The position numbers were made by a program, and so were the translations under genes. A stretch of 64,000 nucleotides of DNA, taken from NCBI GenBank assembly GCA_951406725.2, contig OX597816.1, positions 115,444,001 through 115,508,000 of the forward strand, in the 5' to 3' direction. Position 1 is the first letter of the stretch; every line of letters starts with the position of its first letter. Below, piece after piece: positions 39,956 through 53,740 of this stretch. Source of the DNA: Octopus vulgaris. Taxonomy: Eukaryota. The notes under the pieces were generated by a model, which had not been told where the DNA came from, did not search any database, and saw only the letters and a list, made by a program, of their open reading frames with translations.

Positions 39956-40567
39956 GTCCATAACCCGTGGCCTTCTACATGGGATGGAGCCAGCCTACGT
40001 ATGCATACCTTCCCTTCTTGGGACACAAAACTCTACTTGTGAAGACGTGATGAGGCAAGTGAGGATCAGAATCGAAATCGATCAATGGAAATTGCGGATG
40101 TGCTACCAGTGCCGGTGGCATGTCAAAACTCTGCTCGTGAAGACCCGTTGAGGCAAGTGACGATCAGAATCGAAATCGATCAATGGAAATCGATCAATGG
40201 AAATTGCAGATGTGTTACCAGTGCCGGTGGCATGTAAGAGAACTTTCCGTTTCGCGACCGTTGCCAGCACCGCCCCGTTTCGTGTCCGTTGCCAGCCTCG
40301 CCTGGCCCTCGTGCCGGTGGCACATAAAAAGCACCATCCATTCGTGGCCGTTTGCCAGCTCTGTCTGGCACCAGTGCGGGTGGCACGTAAAAAGCACCCA
40401 CTACACTCACGGAGTGGTTGGCGTTAGGAAGGGCATCCAGCCGTAGAAACACTGCCAGATTTGACTGGGCCTGATGAAGCCTTCTGGCTTCACAGACCCC
40501 AGTAGAACCGTCCAACCCATGCTAGCATGGAAAACGGACGCTAAACGATGATGATGATGATGATGAT
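37158..40567 (+). mobile_element. 5'-truncated young RTE-clade LINE with ~600-bp 3'UTR and (GAT)n tail, inserted in (TA)n
   Basis: Intact APE-RT frame, CpG retained, (GAT)n tail at 40547-40567, (TA)n on both sides. Confidence 0.95.
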
Positions 40568-40569
40568 AT

Positions 40570-40765
40570 ATATATATAGGTGTGTGTGTGTGTGTATGTA
40601 TATGATGGGCTTCTTTCAGCTTCCATCAACCAAGCCCACTTACATGGCTTTGGTCAGCCTGAAGGTATAGTAGAAGACACTTGCCCAAGGTGCCACATTG
40701 CAGACTGAACTCAGAACTATGTGGTTTGGAAGCAAGCTACTTACCACACAACATCACCTGCACCT
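40570..40765 (-). mobile_element. SINE family B, 5' half, ending at the RTE insertion site
   Basis: gggcttctttcagc...tagtagaagacacttgcccaaggtgcc...caagctacttaccacac. Confidence 0.85.
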
Positions 40766-41107
40766 GTATATGCATATATAAAATGATGTAGCCATATAAT
40801 TTTAGACTTGTAGTTAGATCAGATACCTTGAAGGTATTTTTAGGAAGATTAAGTAGAGAGTTAATGCTACTAATTTTAGGGATAAATTGCTAATTGACCA
40901 TAATCTATTTACCTTTCTTCCAAAACAAAAAATTGCAAATGTAAAGCAGAATATTATTTATTGAAATTATTATTTCTAATGGTGTTCCACAAAATATTAT
41001 TTGTGTAAATATACATGAGCCAGCTGTTATTCTGTTGAGTTTTAATACTCATCATGTTTATCCTTACTTTATTATTTTATTGTTTACTTATTTCTAAATT
41101 AGTGAAT

Positions 41108-41428
41108 GTGCATGGGGTCAGTGGTTAGAGCATTGGGCTCACAATCATGAGGTAGTGAGTTTGATTCCCAGACCGGGCTGCGTGTTATGTTTTTGAATAA
41201 GATACTTTATTTCACATTACTCCAGTTAACTCAGCTGTAGAAATGAGTTCTAATGTCACTGGTGCTGAGCTGTATCAACCTTTACCTTTCCCTCGGATTA
41301 GTGGCATGGAAAGGGGGACAATGGTATGCATGGGCGATCCCTAGTCTTCCATAAACAACCTTGCTCAGACTTGTGCTGCAAAGGGTAACTTTCTAGGTAC
41401 AATCCCATGGTCATTCATGACCAAGGAG
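41108..41428 (+). mobile_element. tRNA-derived SINE family C
   Basis: A-box tggggtcagtggttagagc, B-box gagtttgattcc, ctccagttaactcagctgtagaaatgag; matches 35262-35597. Confidence 0.8.
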
Positions 41429-41775
41429 GTTTTTTTTTTATTTCTAAATTAGTTCAAAATGTTCAATACATACATATATAGTCATCTAAGAATCCATAAG
41501 TCAGAAAATGTATGAACTCATATATTTGCTATAGATTTGTCATATATTAGTTAAGGTGTATAGCATCATAGATCCATTACAGGAGATCTTACTAACTGGT
41601 TTCATGGAGGGTTCTAAAACTGAGTGTTAGATAACAACGAAGTTAAGTAATACTGCATGCTATTCAGAGCAGTTAACTAATATTTGGTTTAATACCCAGT
41701 GCAAAACCAACTGATGAGATCAGCCGTAATAGATCTATAACATTGTAGACATCAATTATATATATATATAATATA

Positions 41776-41816
<41 letters not shown>

Positions 41817-41904
41817 TAATAATTGTATAAACATACAGATACACACACTTAAGTGAGGATATATATGCACACACACACGTGTGTGTGTGTGTATGTGTGT
41901 GTGT

Positions 41905-41936
<32 letters not shown>

Positions 41937-42168
41937 CCATTTCTATTCTTCCATGTAAACATGTTCAACCTTGCTAGGAAACAAGTGAAAGCCTGTGACA
42001 GAAAGATCATCCAGCTGTAAATGGTCTGCTTCAAAAAATTTCGTGTGAGCACACACAAAAAAGTAGATGCTAAAATTATGATAATGTCTATTACATATAT
42101 GTGTATATATGTAAGCGTTGCATACATATGCTTACATACACACACATATATGTATATATGTATATATA

Positions 42169-42208
<40 letters not shown>

Positions 42209-42989
42209 TATTTGCATATATATATGTATATATACAAGCACATACACATATATATATATATATACATATATATATTTATATACATATATACACATAGATA
42301 CGTACATATATATATATATATGAGTGTATGTGTGTGTGGTGTGTGTGTGTGTGTGTGTAGAAGGTTGAAAAGGAACACATGAGTTATGTATAAGTCAAGG
42401 TAGAAAATGCTAAAATAATTTTATCATGAAGAACATTTTAGTACCAGTTTCGGTCTTTGCAACTTTTTCAAATTAGAGTAAAGCATGAAAAAGATTTAAA
42501 TGTGGAAAAATTAAATAAAATGTTTTTTAAAAATATTTCCATAATTTTCAAATGCAAGGGACATTTTCCTTTTTTCTGTCTGTCTCTGTCTCTCTTTTTT
42601 ACTCCTATGAGTTCTAGGTAGTGGGCAGCAGGTAGTAGTAGTGTGATATGAATTCTTGTTTTTGTTACTTTAAGTAGCAGGAGTGGTTGAGAAAGGATGT
42701 AGTGAAGAACAAGAAGAAGAAGAAATGCGGGAGTAGTATGACAGTAGTACGATGTTGGTGGAATCCTCTTAAATGGTCAAGTAACCTAAAAGTGAATCGT
42801 TGTGGTTGTAATAGTAATGATTGGAATTGTTCTAAATAAATTCATGGGTAGTGACTGTTCTGAATATATCATTTTTAATATTTGTGTGGGTATTATTCTA
42901 AGGCCCTTGTAATAGTGTCATTTGCAGTGGACACATTCAAAAGGGGTTTATATTTTGTAATAAAGTATGACTCTTTACTAATGCACTGA

Positions 42990-43343
42990 CTACAGGTTGC
43001 ATCGTCCCTGAATTGATAGAGGGGAAAAAATTCTAAAGCTGGGTTGTTTGTTATTGGTGAAAATGTCGATGTGTTCACTGAATGCTATTTTTCTGTATTT
43101 CTGAATTTTGATTTGGGATCTATGTAGAGCCATCCTTTGATGTAGACTCTTTTTGGTTTGGCCTATGTATTGCTCTTGACACCCAGAACAAGTTAATACA
43201 TATATCAGGTTCTTAAAAGCACATGTGAAGTTCCTTTTTGCTGTAAAACTTTCACTCTGCTTGAAAGCGAACTCTAATCCCTCAATTAGGTTGGCACATA
43301 TACCACAGTTAGGTCTTCCACATTTTTTTACTGACAGCTTCAT
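42990..43343 (-). pseudogene. GIY-YIG endonuclease domain of the Penelope-like element
   Basis: CGRPNCGIC...FTC..KNLIYVLTCSGCQEQYIGQT..SLHQRM..H......EH. Confidence 0.9.
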
Positions 43344-44041
43344 TGTTGTTGTCGATTGTATTCAGGCTTATGTTAGGCGACTTTTCATACATTTGGGCTG
43401 TCTTGTGCTCTTTATGATGATGTGTGTTTGGAGGATTACATTCATTCTGTGGTCCCTTTTTAGTAGGGGAATGTTCTAGAGGATGGTGTCAAAGTGTTCA
43501 TTGTTAAGAGGGTTGTGTGTGGAGATGTATGGTAGGGCTTTTGGTTGTAAATCCTTCTTTAATTTGGGATGCCTGAGTTCGTGGATGTTGAGTTGTAGGG
43601 CATGTTGAAAGCATATATCAATTAGTGATAGTGAGTAGTTCTTGGTAGTGAGTGTATTCTTTAGTTCAAGTAATCATGTGTCCCTGGTGCTTGTATTAGA
43701 AACTATAGTACAAATCCTTTTTTGCTAGGTTGGAAAGATGGCACAAGTTGAACGGTAGATAATGCTTGGTGTCTGTGGGCTTATAGTATATATCTGTCTA
43801 GATTTCTTAATGAGGATGTCAAGGAAGGGAAGTTTTAGATGGCTATATTCCATCGTGAATTGAATGTTTACATCAAGTCCATTTATAAGTGCTTGAATTC
43901 TTTTAGTCTCTATATACTTTCATGCCAAAGAATGAAGCTCATCCAGATACCTCTTCCAGTTATTTTCCATGAAGAGGAAGAATGGTTTGCCATATTTTTC
44001 TAGTACCTTATGATAAAGACTAATTTCTAGATATTCCATGA

Positions 44042-44638
44042 CTAATCAAAGGAAGGAGCCATTCTCGTAGCCATCACAGTCTCCGATTTTTGTCGATAGA
44101 AGTTGTCTTTGAAGACAAAGTAGCTATTCTCGCAGATAAATTTTAGCTCTTCTATCACAAATGCTTTTTTGATGCAATGTGGGAGTTCCTTGGCGTAATT
44201 CTCTAGCCAGAATTTAATTGCCTCTATTCCTAGGCTGTGGGGGATATTAGAATAGAGGTTGGCTACATCGAAAGATACTAGTAGGTTGTTTTTGTTTATT
44301 GCTTTAGGGAGGCGATTGAGCATATCTAAGTCGTCCCTTATGTAGCTTTTGATATGCTTGAGGAATGGCTTTAAGAGGATGTCTAAAAAGTTACTGAAGC
44401 AGTAAGTTTTGCATGTGAAGTCAGCTATTATGGGTCTTAATTTGAGGTCATTAGGAGAAGGTACCTTGACTATTATATCTGTGGCTCCCTTGCATGTGTT
44501 ACTTACTTTTTCCCTTTTGTGTATCTTAGGAATACCATAGAATTGACTGGATTTACTTTTGAAGTTGGTCATATAATCGTACTCCTTGTCGGTGAGCACT
44601 TCTCTGTATAGGTTTAACATGGATTTTAGGTTTCTCAT
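44042..44638 (-). pseudogene. Penelope-type RT N-terminal part
   Basis: FYGIPKIHK, LKLRPIIA, SYIRDDLD, LVSFDVANLYSNIPH, FYRQ...MATRMAPSF. Confidence 0.92.
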
Positions 44639-44689
44639 TCTTTTCTGCTATATATGTATATATATTAAATTCCTTTTTTCTTTTATTTA

Positions 44690-45105
44690 ATTTCTCTTAC
44701 TTGTTCCCATCATTTAATTGCAGCCATACTGGGGCACCACTTTGAAGGGTTTTAGTCAAAAAAATTGACCCCAGGATTTTTTTTAAAGCCTGGTACTTAT
44801 TTTATTGGTTTCTTTTGCTGAACCACAAAGTTACTGGGATATAAGCACACCAACACCAGTTGTCAATGGGGGACAAGCACAAAGACACACACATAACCCC
44901 CCAGACACACACACACGTGCATGCACACACACACATATATGATAGGCTAATTTTAGTTTCTGTCTACCAAATTCTACCAAATCTACTCACAAGGATTTGG
45001 CTGACTCAAGGCTATAGTGGACGACACTAACTCAAAGTGTCATGCAGAGGGACTGAACCTGGGACCATGTGGTTTAGAAGCAAGCTTCTTACTACACACC
45101 CATGC
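44690..45105 (-). mobile_element. SINE family B, decayed
   Basis: gcagccatactggggcaccac...gctgaaccac...ctatagtggacgacac...ggaccatgtgg. Confidence 0.8.
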
Positions 45106-46950
45106 TGGCATATATATATATATATATATACATACATATATACAAATATATATGTATTGTAAAAGATAACAGAAATGGTTGGCATCTGGAAGGGTATCCA
45201 GTCATTAGAACAATATCATCTCAAAATATCTTGTCTAGCCCTTCACAGTATGGAAAATCAGATCTTAAAAGAAAAAAAAGTGATGATGACAGTGATGATG
45301 ATGATGATGACAATGATGGTAATAGTGATAATATTTGTATAAAACTGCTGTGTTTGCCATTATTGTTTTGCCAATGTCAGCATGAAAAATCTCTAATGAA
45401 ATTATACTCCAGAATATCTCAAGAAAAAAAATAAATAAACATTAAAATCAAAAATAATAGAAAAAACTATTTCCTCCTAAAAATAAAATCTATACCCTCT
45501 TTCCTAGAATGTACATGAATAAACAAAAAAAAAACAACAAACCAAAAAATAAAAAAAAATGGGAACAACTAGTTCAACTCAAAAACAATATCTACCTCGT
45601 CACTCTCTTTGCACAAAAACTGAAAAAAAAAAAATTAAAATAATGAAAATTAAAAAGTGCCAAAGAAAGGAAAAAAAAATTATATTACAAAAAAATTATA
45701 TGTACAATTGAATTTGAAAAAGATTACTAGAATATCATATAGACCTACTGCTGTATTGCCAGGTATCAGTTGATGATATGTTTTGGTGGGAAAAACACAA
45801 TTATTTGGCGATAACATTTATTTTTCATCTGTCTTCCTTATATGTTCTAGTCTCTTACACTTGGAGAATTTTATATTTTAGTCACTAACTTTAAATTAGA
45901 GGATGTAAAAAAGACAAAGAAAGAATAACAGTTATATGGTAATACAAAATAAAAATAAATGCTTTCAAATAAACAAATAAAATGATAGTAAATAAAATAT
46001 AAGGTATAAATATATAAATAAAAGTTGGTATGTATATATATATGTATGTGGGTGTATATATAAATATGCTATATATATATAATATGCATATATACACATA
46101 CAAAAAATGAGTAGAAATGGATATAGATATGTATATATGTATATATATATATGCTATATATATATATATATATATATATACTATCTGGAGGATGCATGCA
46201 CTTTCAAGTTAGTTCAAATGAGAATAATGCTTATGCATCTATGCACTCATACAGCTGTGACATGCATTCTTTAATTTGATTTACCAGTGGTGTATGTATG
46301 TATGTATGCATGTATATATATATATGTGTGTATATATATATATACACATACATTTCTAAATACAAAAAAACACACAATCATATACATTGATATATATTAT
46401 ATAAGTGTGTGTGTGTGTGTGAGTGCATGTGTGGGTGCATGTGTGTATGAAACATATCCAAGTGATCTTATGTATACATGTTTAATATGTTATTGTGCCT
46501 ATGTGGATGAGAATTGACTTGGGAGCATATACACATGGAATATAACATGAAAAGGCATGTGCATATACACATACACACGGACATATAATATATAATACAT
46601 AATACATAATAATGACAATTATATATATGTGTGTGTGTGTTTGTGGATGTATGTAAATATATACATGTTCATATGCTAATGATTGTGTTTTTGCTATATG
46701 GATGCCTTTATCCATAATTATATGAATTTCTATAAGTATACACATACATATGTAGTAATCCAAACACACATACACAGATGCAAACATATGCACACAAACA
46801 CACACTCACACACACACACGCATGTATATGCATACATATATAAATACATCACTACATACACACACTCACACACATATATACAATGCATATATATATATAT
46901 ATATATATATACATACATACATAAATACATACACACTCACACACATATAT

Positions 46951-47005
<55 letters not shown>

Positions 47006-47873
47006 CATACATAAATACATACACACTCACATATATACACACACACTCACACACATATATATAGGTATGTAAATATATGCATCCACGCACACACACACAC
47101 ATGTATATATATACATAGATGCACATATGCACACTAACACATTAGAACTCTCGCACGATAGTATAGCACCACTCACATTAACTATTGAGTTAAAATCGAG
47201 TTTTCAAACGTAAAGTATTAAGCAAAAGAGACTAAAAGTTTCTCAACAAGGAATGATATGACTGACTCTATTGTCTGCAAGTTATTATTTTAGTTTTCAA
47301 TTTAAATCTTCTTTTATATCTAAATCATGCTCTGGACTGCATCTTTCGACATTTTTCTCTTATTTCCTATTGTGTTTACTTCTGGCTTCTTTTTTACTTG
47401 TTTATGTTGTGTTGTTGTTGTTGTTGATGTTGTTGATGTTGTTGATGTTTTTGTTCTTCTTCTTCTTCAAGTTTCTGTCTTCATCTTCATCATCCTTGAC
47501 ATTACAGTTAATTTTCTTGAGCTCTTTCTCTCTTTCAGTCATTCTTTTGCTCTTTCGTTCTCTCTTTCTTTTTGTCATCCTTCGTTAATTATTTTTCTGT
47601 TGTAGCTTTGTTATTGTTGATATTTTATGTTGCTTTCTTCTTTTTTGTTTCATATTGTTTTTTTTTAATGAAATTTTGTTACAAGTATATGCATGTGTGT
47701 GTATGTGTGTGTGTTTGTGAGTGTATATATATATATATATATATATTGATGTGTACATATATGTTTGGGATGTAAATATGTATGTGTGTATGTATGTGTG
47801 TATGTATGTATGTATGTATCTATCTATCTATCTATCTATCTATCTGTCTATCTGTCTATCTATCTATCTCTCC

Positions 47874-47930
<57 letters not shown>

Positions 47931-48022
47931 CATGCTTGAATTTTATATACTTTAATACTTCTTTTATTCATATTGTTTATTATTTTATTTGTTCACATTT
48001 CAATTGTTGTTGTTGTTGTTGC

Positions 48023-48073
<51 letters not shown>

Positions 48074-48351
48074 CCTCCTTCTCATCATAATCATCATCAT
48101 TATAATTTGTTGGTTAGCTTCTTCTTCCTCGTCTAATTATTGATTAGATGTGCGTCGTGATGGTTTCTGTTGTAGTCTTTCTTCAAAAATTTACATTTTT
48201 AGCTTATTTTATGTGAGAAGATATTTACAGTTTCAATTTTGCCTGAAGAGGTAAAACGTTTTGAACAGGAATGAAGGCATTGTGCTGATTCCATCTTTGG
48301 CAAAACACTGTTGTCAATTGTACTAAAGCTCTGTCTCTCTCTTTCTCTCTT

Positions 48352-48390
<39 letters not shown>

Positions 48391-48617
48391 TTCTATCTAT
48401 CTATCTTTTTTGAGAACACACTCCATTTCACGTGTACAAACTTTTATATTTATACACAAAAATACTCATGCATTCAGGCATATACACTTGCATGTAGACA
48501 TATATACATATATACATACATACATGCATACATACATACATACATACAGACAGAGATATAGACAGGTAGATAGGGAACATAGGAAAATAGATTCATATAT
48601 GTGTGTATACATATATA

Positions 48618-48694
<77 letters not shown>

Positions 48695-49019
48695 GTATAT
48701 ATATATACACACATACTTAGACACTCGTGTGCTTCACATGCATAAACTAATTCATCTAAAAAACATGGCATTAATCACAAGAGGGCTCAATAAAGAAATC
48801 CAGAATAAATTAAATTAGAGCTATGACAAAGTCTATGTGAAAAATAGAACGGAAATTAAAGAATCTGAAGTATACCACACAAATTAGATATGTGCATAAT
48901 ACTTGTAAATCATAAATAGACATACATTCCTACATATACATACACACACATACACACTCATATATACATGGATAAAGATACATGTATATATATATATATA
49001 TAAATATATATGCATACAT

Positions 49020-49055
<36 letters not shown>

Positions 49056-49060
49056 CTATC

Positions 49061-49095
<35 letters not shown>

Positions 49096-49177
49096 ATATA
49101 CACACACATATGCATATACACATATATATGTTAATATGTACATGAGTAAATTTCTCTCTCTCCCTATATATATATAT

Positions 49178-49781
<604 letters not shown>

Positions 49782-50199
49782 CCATGTTTTTTCCAGGCAT
49801 TGCTGCTATGAGATAATTAGTAATGTGTCAATTAATAATTTAGGATTTTACCTTATAAAATACTGGCTGCTATTTTTAGCACATCAAGCGACCAGTTCGA
49901 GGCTCTTTCATCGGTTTGATTGCATGATGAGATTTTTTTACACATATATGTAATATCTATATATATCATCAGCAAAAGTTAGAGAGTAAGTCAAAAGCTG
50001 AGAGTTTCGTGTATTGGCACTTAACAAACATGAATTTGTCCATTGTCACTCTGTAACTTGTGATGAAATAACTTCTAAAATACAGAATTTTGTCAAAAAC
50101 TTTAAGAGTAAACCCTGTTGTATGTGACACATTGTACCAGTATCTGAAGTTTCAAAGTGTTTAGTTAAAAGAAATTAATTAAACAATCAGTACATCAAA

Positions 50200-50330
50200 T
50201 TGAATAGATCTGAAATGGATAAAAAGCAAAGTCGATCTCTGTGAAATTTGAACTCAAAACATAAACACAGGCAAAATACTGTTAATCATTTCACTCGGCA
50301 CACTAAAGTTTCTACCAGCTCGCCACCTTA
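50200..50330 (-). mobile_element. SINE family A head, strongly decayed
   Basis: gcaaagtcgatctc...aatttgaactcaaaac...tttctaccagctcgcc. Confidence 0.7.
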
Positions 50331-50410
50331 AAACGAAAGCATTCATTTTAGCAATATATTCTTTAATATTGTTATTGATATCCTATCGTTGCCAGTATAT
50401 TTTATTATTT

Positions 50411-50579
50411 GGTGCAGGAGTGGCTGTGTGGTAAGTAGTTTGCTTAACAACCACATAGATCCGGGTTCAGTCCCACTGTGTGGCACCTTGGGCAAGTGTC
50501 TTCTACTATAGCCTCGGGCCGACCAAAGCCTTGTGAGTGGATTTGGTAGACAGAAACTGAAAGAAGCTTGTCGTATATG

Positions 50580-50621
<42 letters not shown>

Positions 50622-50822
50622 TCCCCCCAATATCACTTGACAACCGATGCTGTTGTGTTTATGTCCCTGTAACTTAGCGGTTCAGCAAAAGAGACCGATA
50701 GAATAAGTACTAGGCTTACAAAAAATAAGTCCCAGGGTCGATTTGCTTTACTAATGGTGGTGCTCCAGCATGGCCGCAGTCAAATGACTGAAACAAATAC
50801 AAAAGTAAAGAGAGTAAAAGAT
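50411..50822 (+). mobile_element. Full-length SINE family B
   Basis: ggtgcaggagtggctgtgtggtaag...gggttcagtccc...ggcaccttgggcaagtgtctt...ggccgcagtcaaatgactgaaac. Confidence 0.92.
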
Positions 50823-51315
50823 AGATAAGCATCACTCCCTTACTCTCTTTCTTACTTAAACAAAATTTCTTAATATTTCATGCCATAACTTTTCTTCTCC
50901 TAATTTTTGTGCAGTGCGGCTAATGACTCTAAATTGCTCATACATTTTTCTACTATCTAAGCCTTAGAAAAGTACACTTTTATTTTAAAATTAAAAAGTT
51001 TTTGTTAATTTAAGGTGAATAGGTGCCTTGCTACCCCATCCCCCTTGAGGTTGCAGATATTTTGATGCAGCTTTTTTCTACTGAACCAAATCTCAAACTA
51101 TTTATGCCAAAGTGTAGCTTAGGAGGTGTCCTCTTTAAAACTGTTAACAGTTTGCAATTTAATTGAGAACTGAATTAGTAGTGATGTTGGGAAGCTGCTG
51201 TGAGTGACGAAATGTTGGACTTAAGAATATATTCAACCACTACCGTGGTTGAATGATAGTTTATATATATGTTTATATATATGTATATACATACATACAT
51301 ACATACATACATACA

Positions 51316-51351
<36 letters not shown>

Positions 51352-51515
51352 CACATACACACACAAGCATACATGTGTATGTGTAATTATATAAATTCAA
51401 TATATTAAAGTCCCACCACCACACATATGTGCAAATATATATATATATATGTGTGTGCGTGTGTGTGTGTGTGTGTATATATATATCATCATCATCAACA
51501 TTTAACGTCTGCTAT

Positions 51516-51578
<63 letters not shown>

Positions 51579-51855
51579 ATGAACAAATCTCTTTTTAGAC
51601 CTGTTGTACTGAAGACAAGATATGACTTTATTCCAATTTTATGCTTTTTATATCATTTTTTCCAAGTTTTTTTTTTCAGTTCTTTCTTCTATTTTTATGA
51701 GGCCCTTTCCATTTCTTGGGAACAATAACATTCTTAAGTTCATCATTAATACCTCTAGGCTTTTACAGTCTCAATTTCAGTGTTAAGTCACTTTAGTATT
51801 TAGTATTTGATGGCTCAAGTTTATTGGAAGCCCAATGAACATGACTGGTGTAGAC

Positions 51856-52100
51856 CAGTGGTTCTCACCTGGGGACCGCATGGCCCTTGAGGGTCTACGT
51901 GACCCTTGGGGGCCATGTAAATTGCTTATACTTCTACAATACACAAAATATTTTAACAATTTTCTAATACAATGCCTGATAATATTTAATTATAAACATA
52001 TAATGGGACTTTTTTTTAAACATCAAATGTTTATTAGGATCCATTAGAATAAAATAGAAATCAAAAGGGTCTATGGACAAAAAATTATTGAGAACCACTG
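51856..52100. mobile_element. hAT (Charlie-like) MITE
   Basis: TIRs CAGTGGTTCTCA / TGAGAACCACTG. Perfect 8-bp TSD GTGTAGAC at 51848-51855 and 52101-52108. Confidence 0.95.
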
Positions 52101-52189
52101 GTGTAGACATTATGGCCAAAATTTTAATTTTGATTTATAGATTTTTTTGTCATCAGAAAGGTATTTGTTTTTCTTTGAGACTAGTGTAT

Positions 52190-52563
52190 CCATGCTGGAG
52201 CACTGCCTTAAAGGGTTTTAGTCGAATAAATCGATCACGGGACTTATTCTTTGTGAGCCTAAAACTTATTTTATCAGTCCCTTTTGCTGAACTGCTAGGT
52301 TACAGGGACTTAAACACACCAACATCAACTGTCAATGGATGGTGGGGAGACAAACATGGACACAAAGACACACATACATAAATATATACACATGTCTATA
52401 CGAAAGGCTTCTTTCAGTTTCTGTCTACCAAATCCACTCACAAGGCTTTGGTCTGCCGGAGGCTATATTAGAAGACACTTCCCCAAGGTGTCATGTAGTG
52501 GGACTGAACCATAAACGATGTGTTTGGGAAGCAAGCTTCTTACCACTCAGCCACGACTGTGCC
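52190..52563 (-). mobile_element. SINE family B
   Basis: Reverse complement of 50411-50822. Confidence 0.88.
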
Positions 52564-53281
52564 TATTGACTTAATTAATCATTTATTTTTATTTTATTAA
52601 TAATTTATTTTTATGAGGAATTATATATATAATATTGATATGTCATTCACTAATACTTTTGTTATCCAGACAACATATGCATGTCATAAATAAGACGAAC
52701 AAATGTCCAGTGATGTATAAATCTAATGGTCAATATATGAATTCCAAAGATAAATTTTAAACAAATGCTAGTGATGATGTCTTCATGAATCACATTCACT
52801 TAGCACAAGAGAAGCAGTTGTTACATACCATCACTAATAGTCAATGAACCATATCTAAAAAGTCTGAAAGAAGCTTCAAAATATTTTGTAAACAACAAAA
52901 GGACACTGATAAACAATGACAAAGTCAACCAATGAAAACATAGAATATACTGTACAATAGCAAATAATTTTAAAAACTTAGTCAAAGATGGAAAAAGCAT
53001 AATAAAATGGCATTAGAAACCAACCAACAAGAACAATAGCCAAAGACAAAACCAACCATAAACAATGCAAAAATAATCACAAAGCACAAAGTAACATTCG
53101 ATGACAATTAATGATACACACACAAAAGAATGAACACTCATGTTAATGTATATAAAATGAACATGAACATAAATTAAAATATTTCTTGCCTGGAGATTGC
53201 AATCACATGAAACTCAAATTCCACATAGAAACAAAATCTCACTCTCTCCTTCCTTCTCTCTCTCTATATATATATGCATAT

Positions 53282-53344
<63 letters not shown>

Positions 53345-53495
53345 TGTGGTCATGTGACCAGCTGAGCTATCAGATGCTGTTACACATTGCTGGTTACAAT
53401 GCACCATCTGGTTTGGGAATTGAACCCATAATCTAGTGATCATTAGTGCAACAGCCTAACCACTAGATCATGTACCTTCACATGTATATACATAC

Positions 53496-53552
<57 letters not shown>

Positions 53553-53589
53553 GTATGCATATGTATGTGTGTGTGCATATGTTGATGAT

Positions 53590-53740
53590 GGTGCCACATA
53601 AAAAAGCACAGGTGCTGGTGCCAGGTGAAATGTACTGCGTATACTCTGTAAAGTGGTTGGTGTTAGAAAGGGCATCCAGCCATAGAAACGATACCAAAAT
53701 GGACAATGGAGCCTGGTGTGACTTCTAGCTCTACTAGCTC
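53590..53740 (+). mobile_element. RTE 3'UTR fragment, decayed
   Basis: cacataaaaaagcac...aagtggttggtgttagaaagggcatccagccatagaaac. Confidence 0.7.

Larger units (their letters stand above)
42391..44640 (-). mobile_element. Decayed 5'-truncated Penelope-like element, Neptune-type (RT + Cys-rich linker + GIY-YIG + terminal repeat)
   Basis: RT motifs FYGIPKIHK, LRPII, FDVANLYSNIPH and WKRYLD (~43960). CGRPNCGIC linker. GIY-YIG as NLIYVLTC..CQEQYIGQT. Multiple frameshifts. (TA)n/(TG)n flanks. Confidence 0.93.

Noticed and set aside
40040-40400. CRISPR-like repeated short palindromes
   Set aside because: Irregular spacing with duplicated spacers inside a eukaryotic LINE 3'UTR, and no cas genes.
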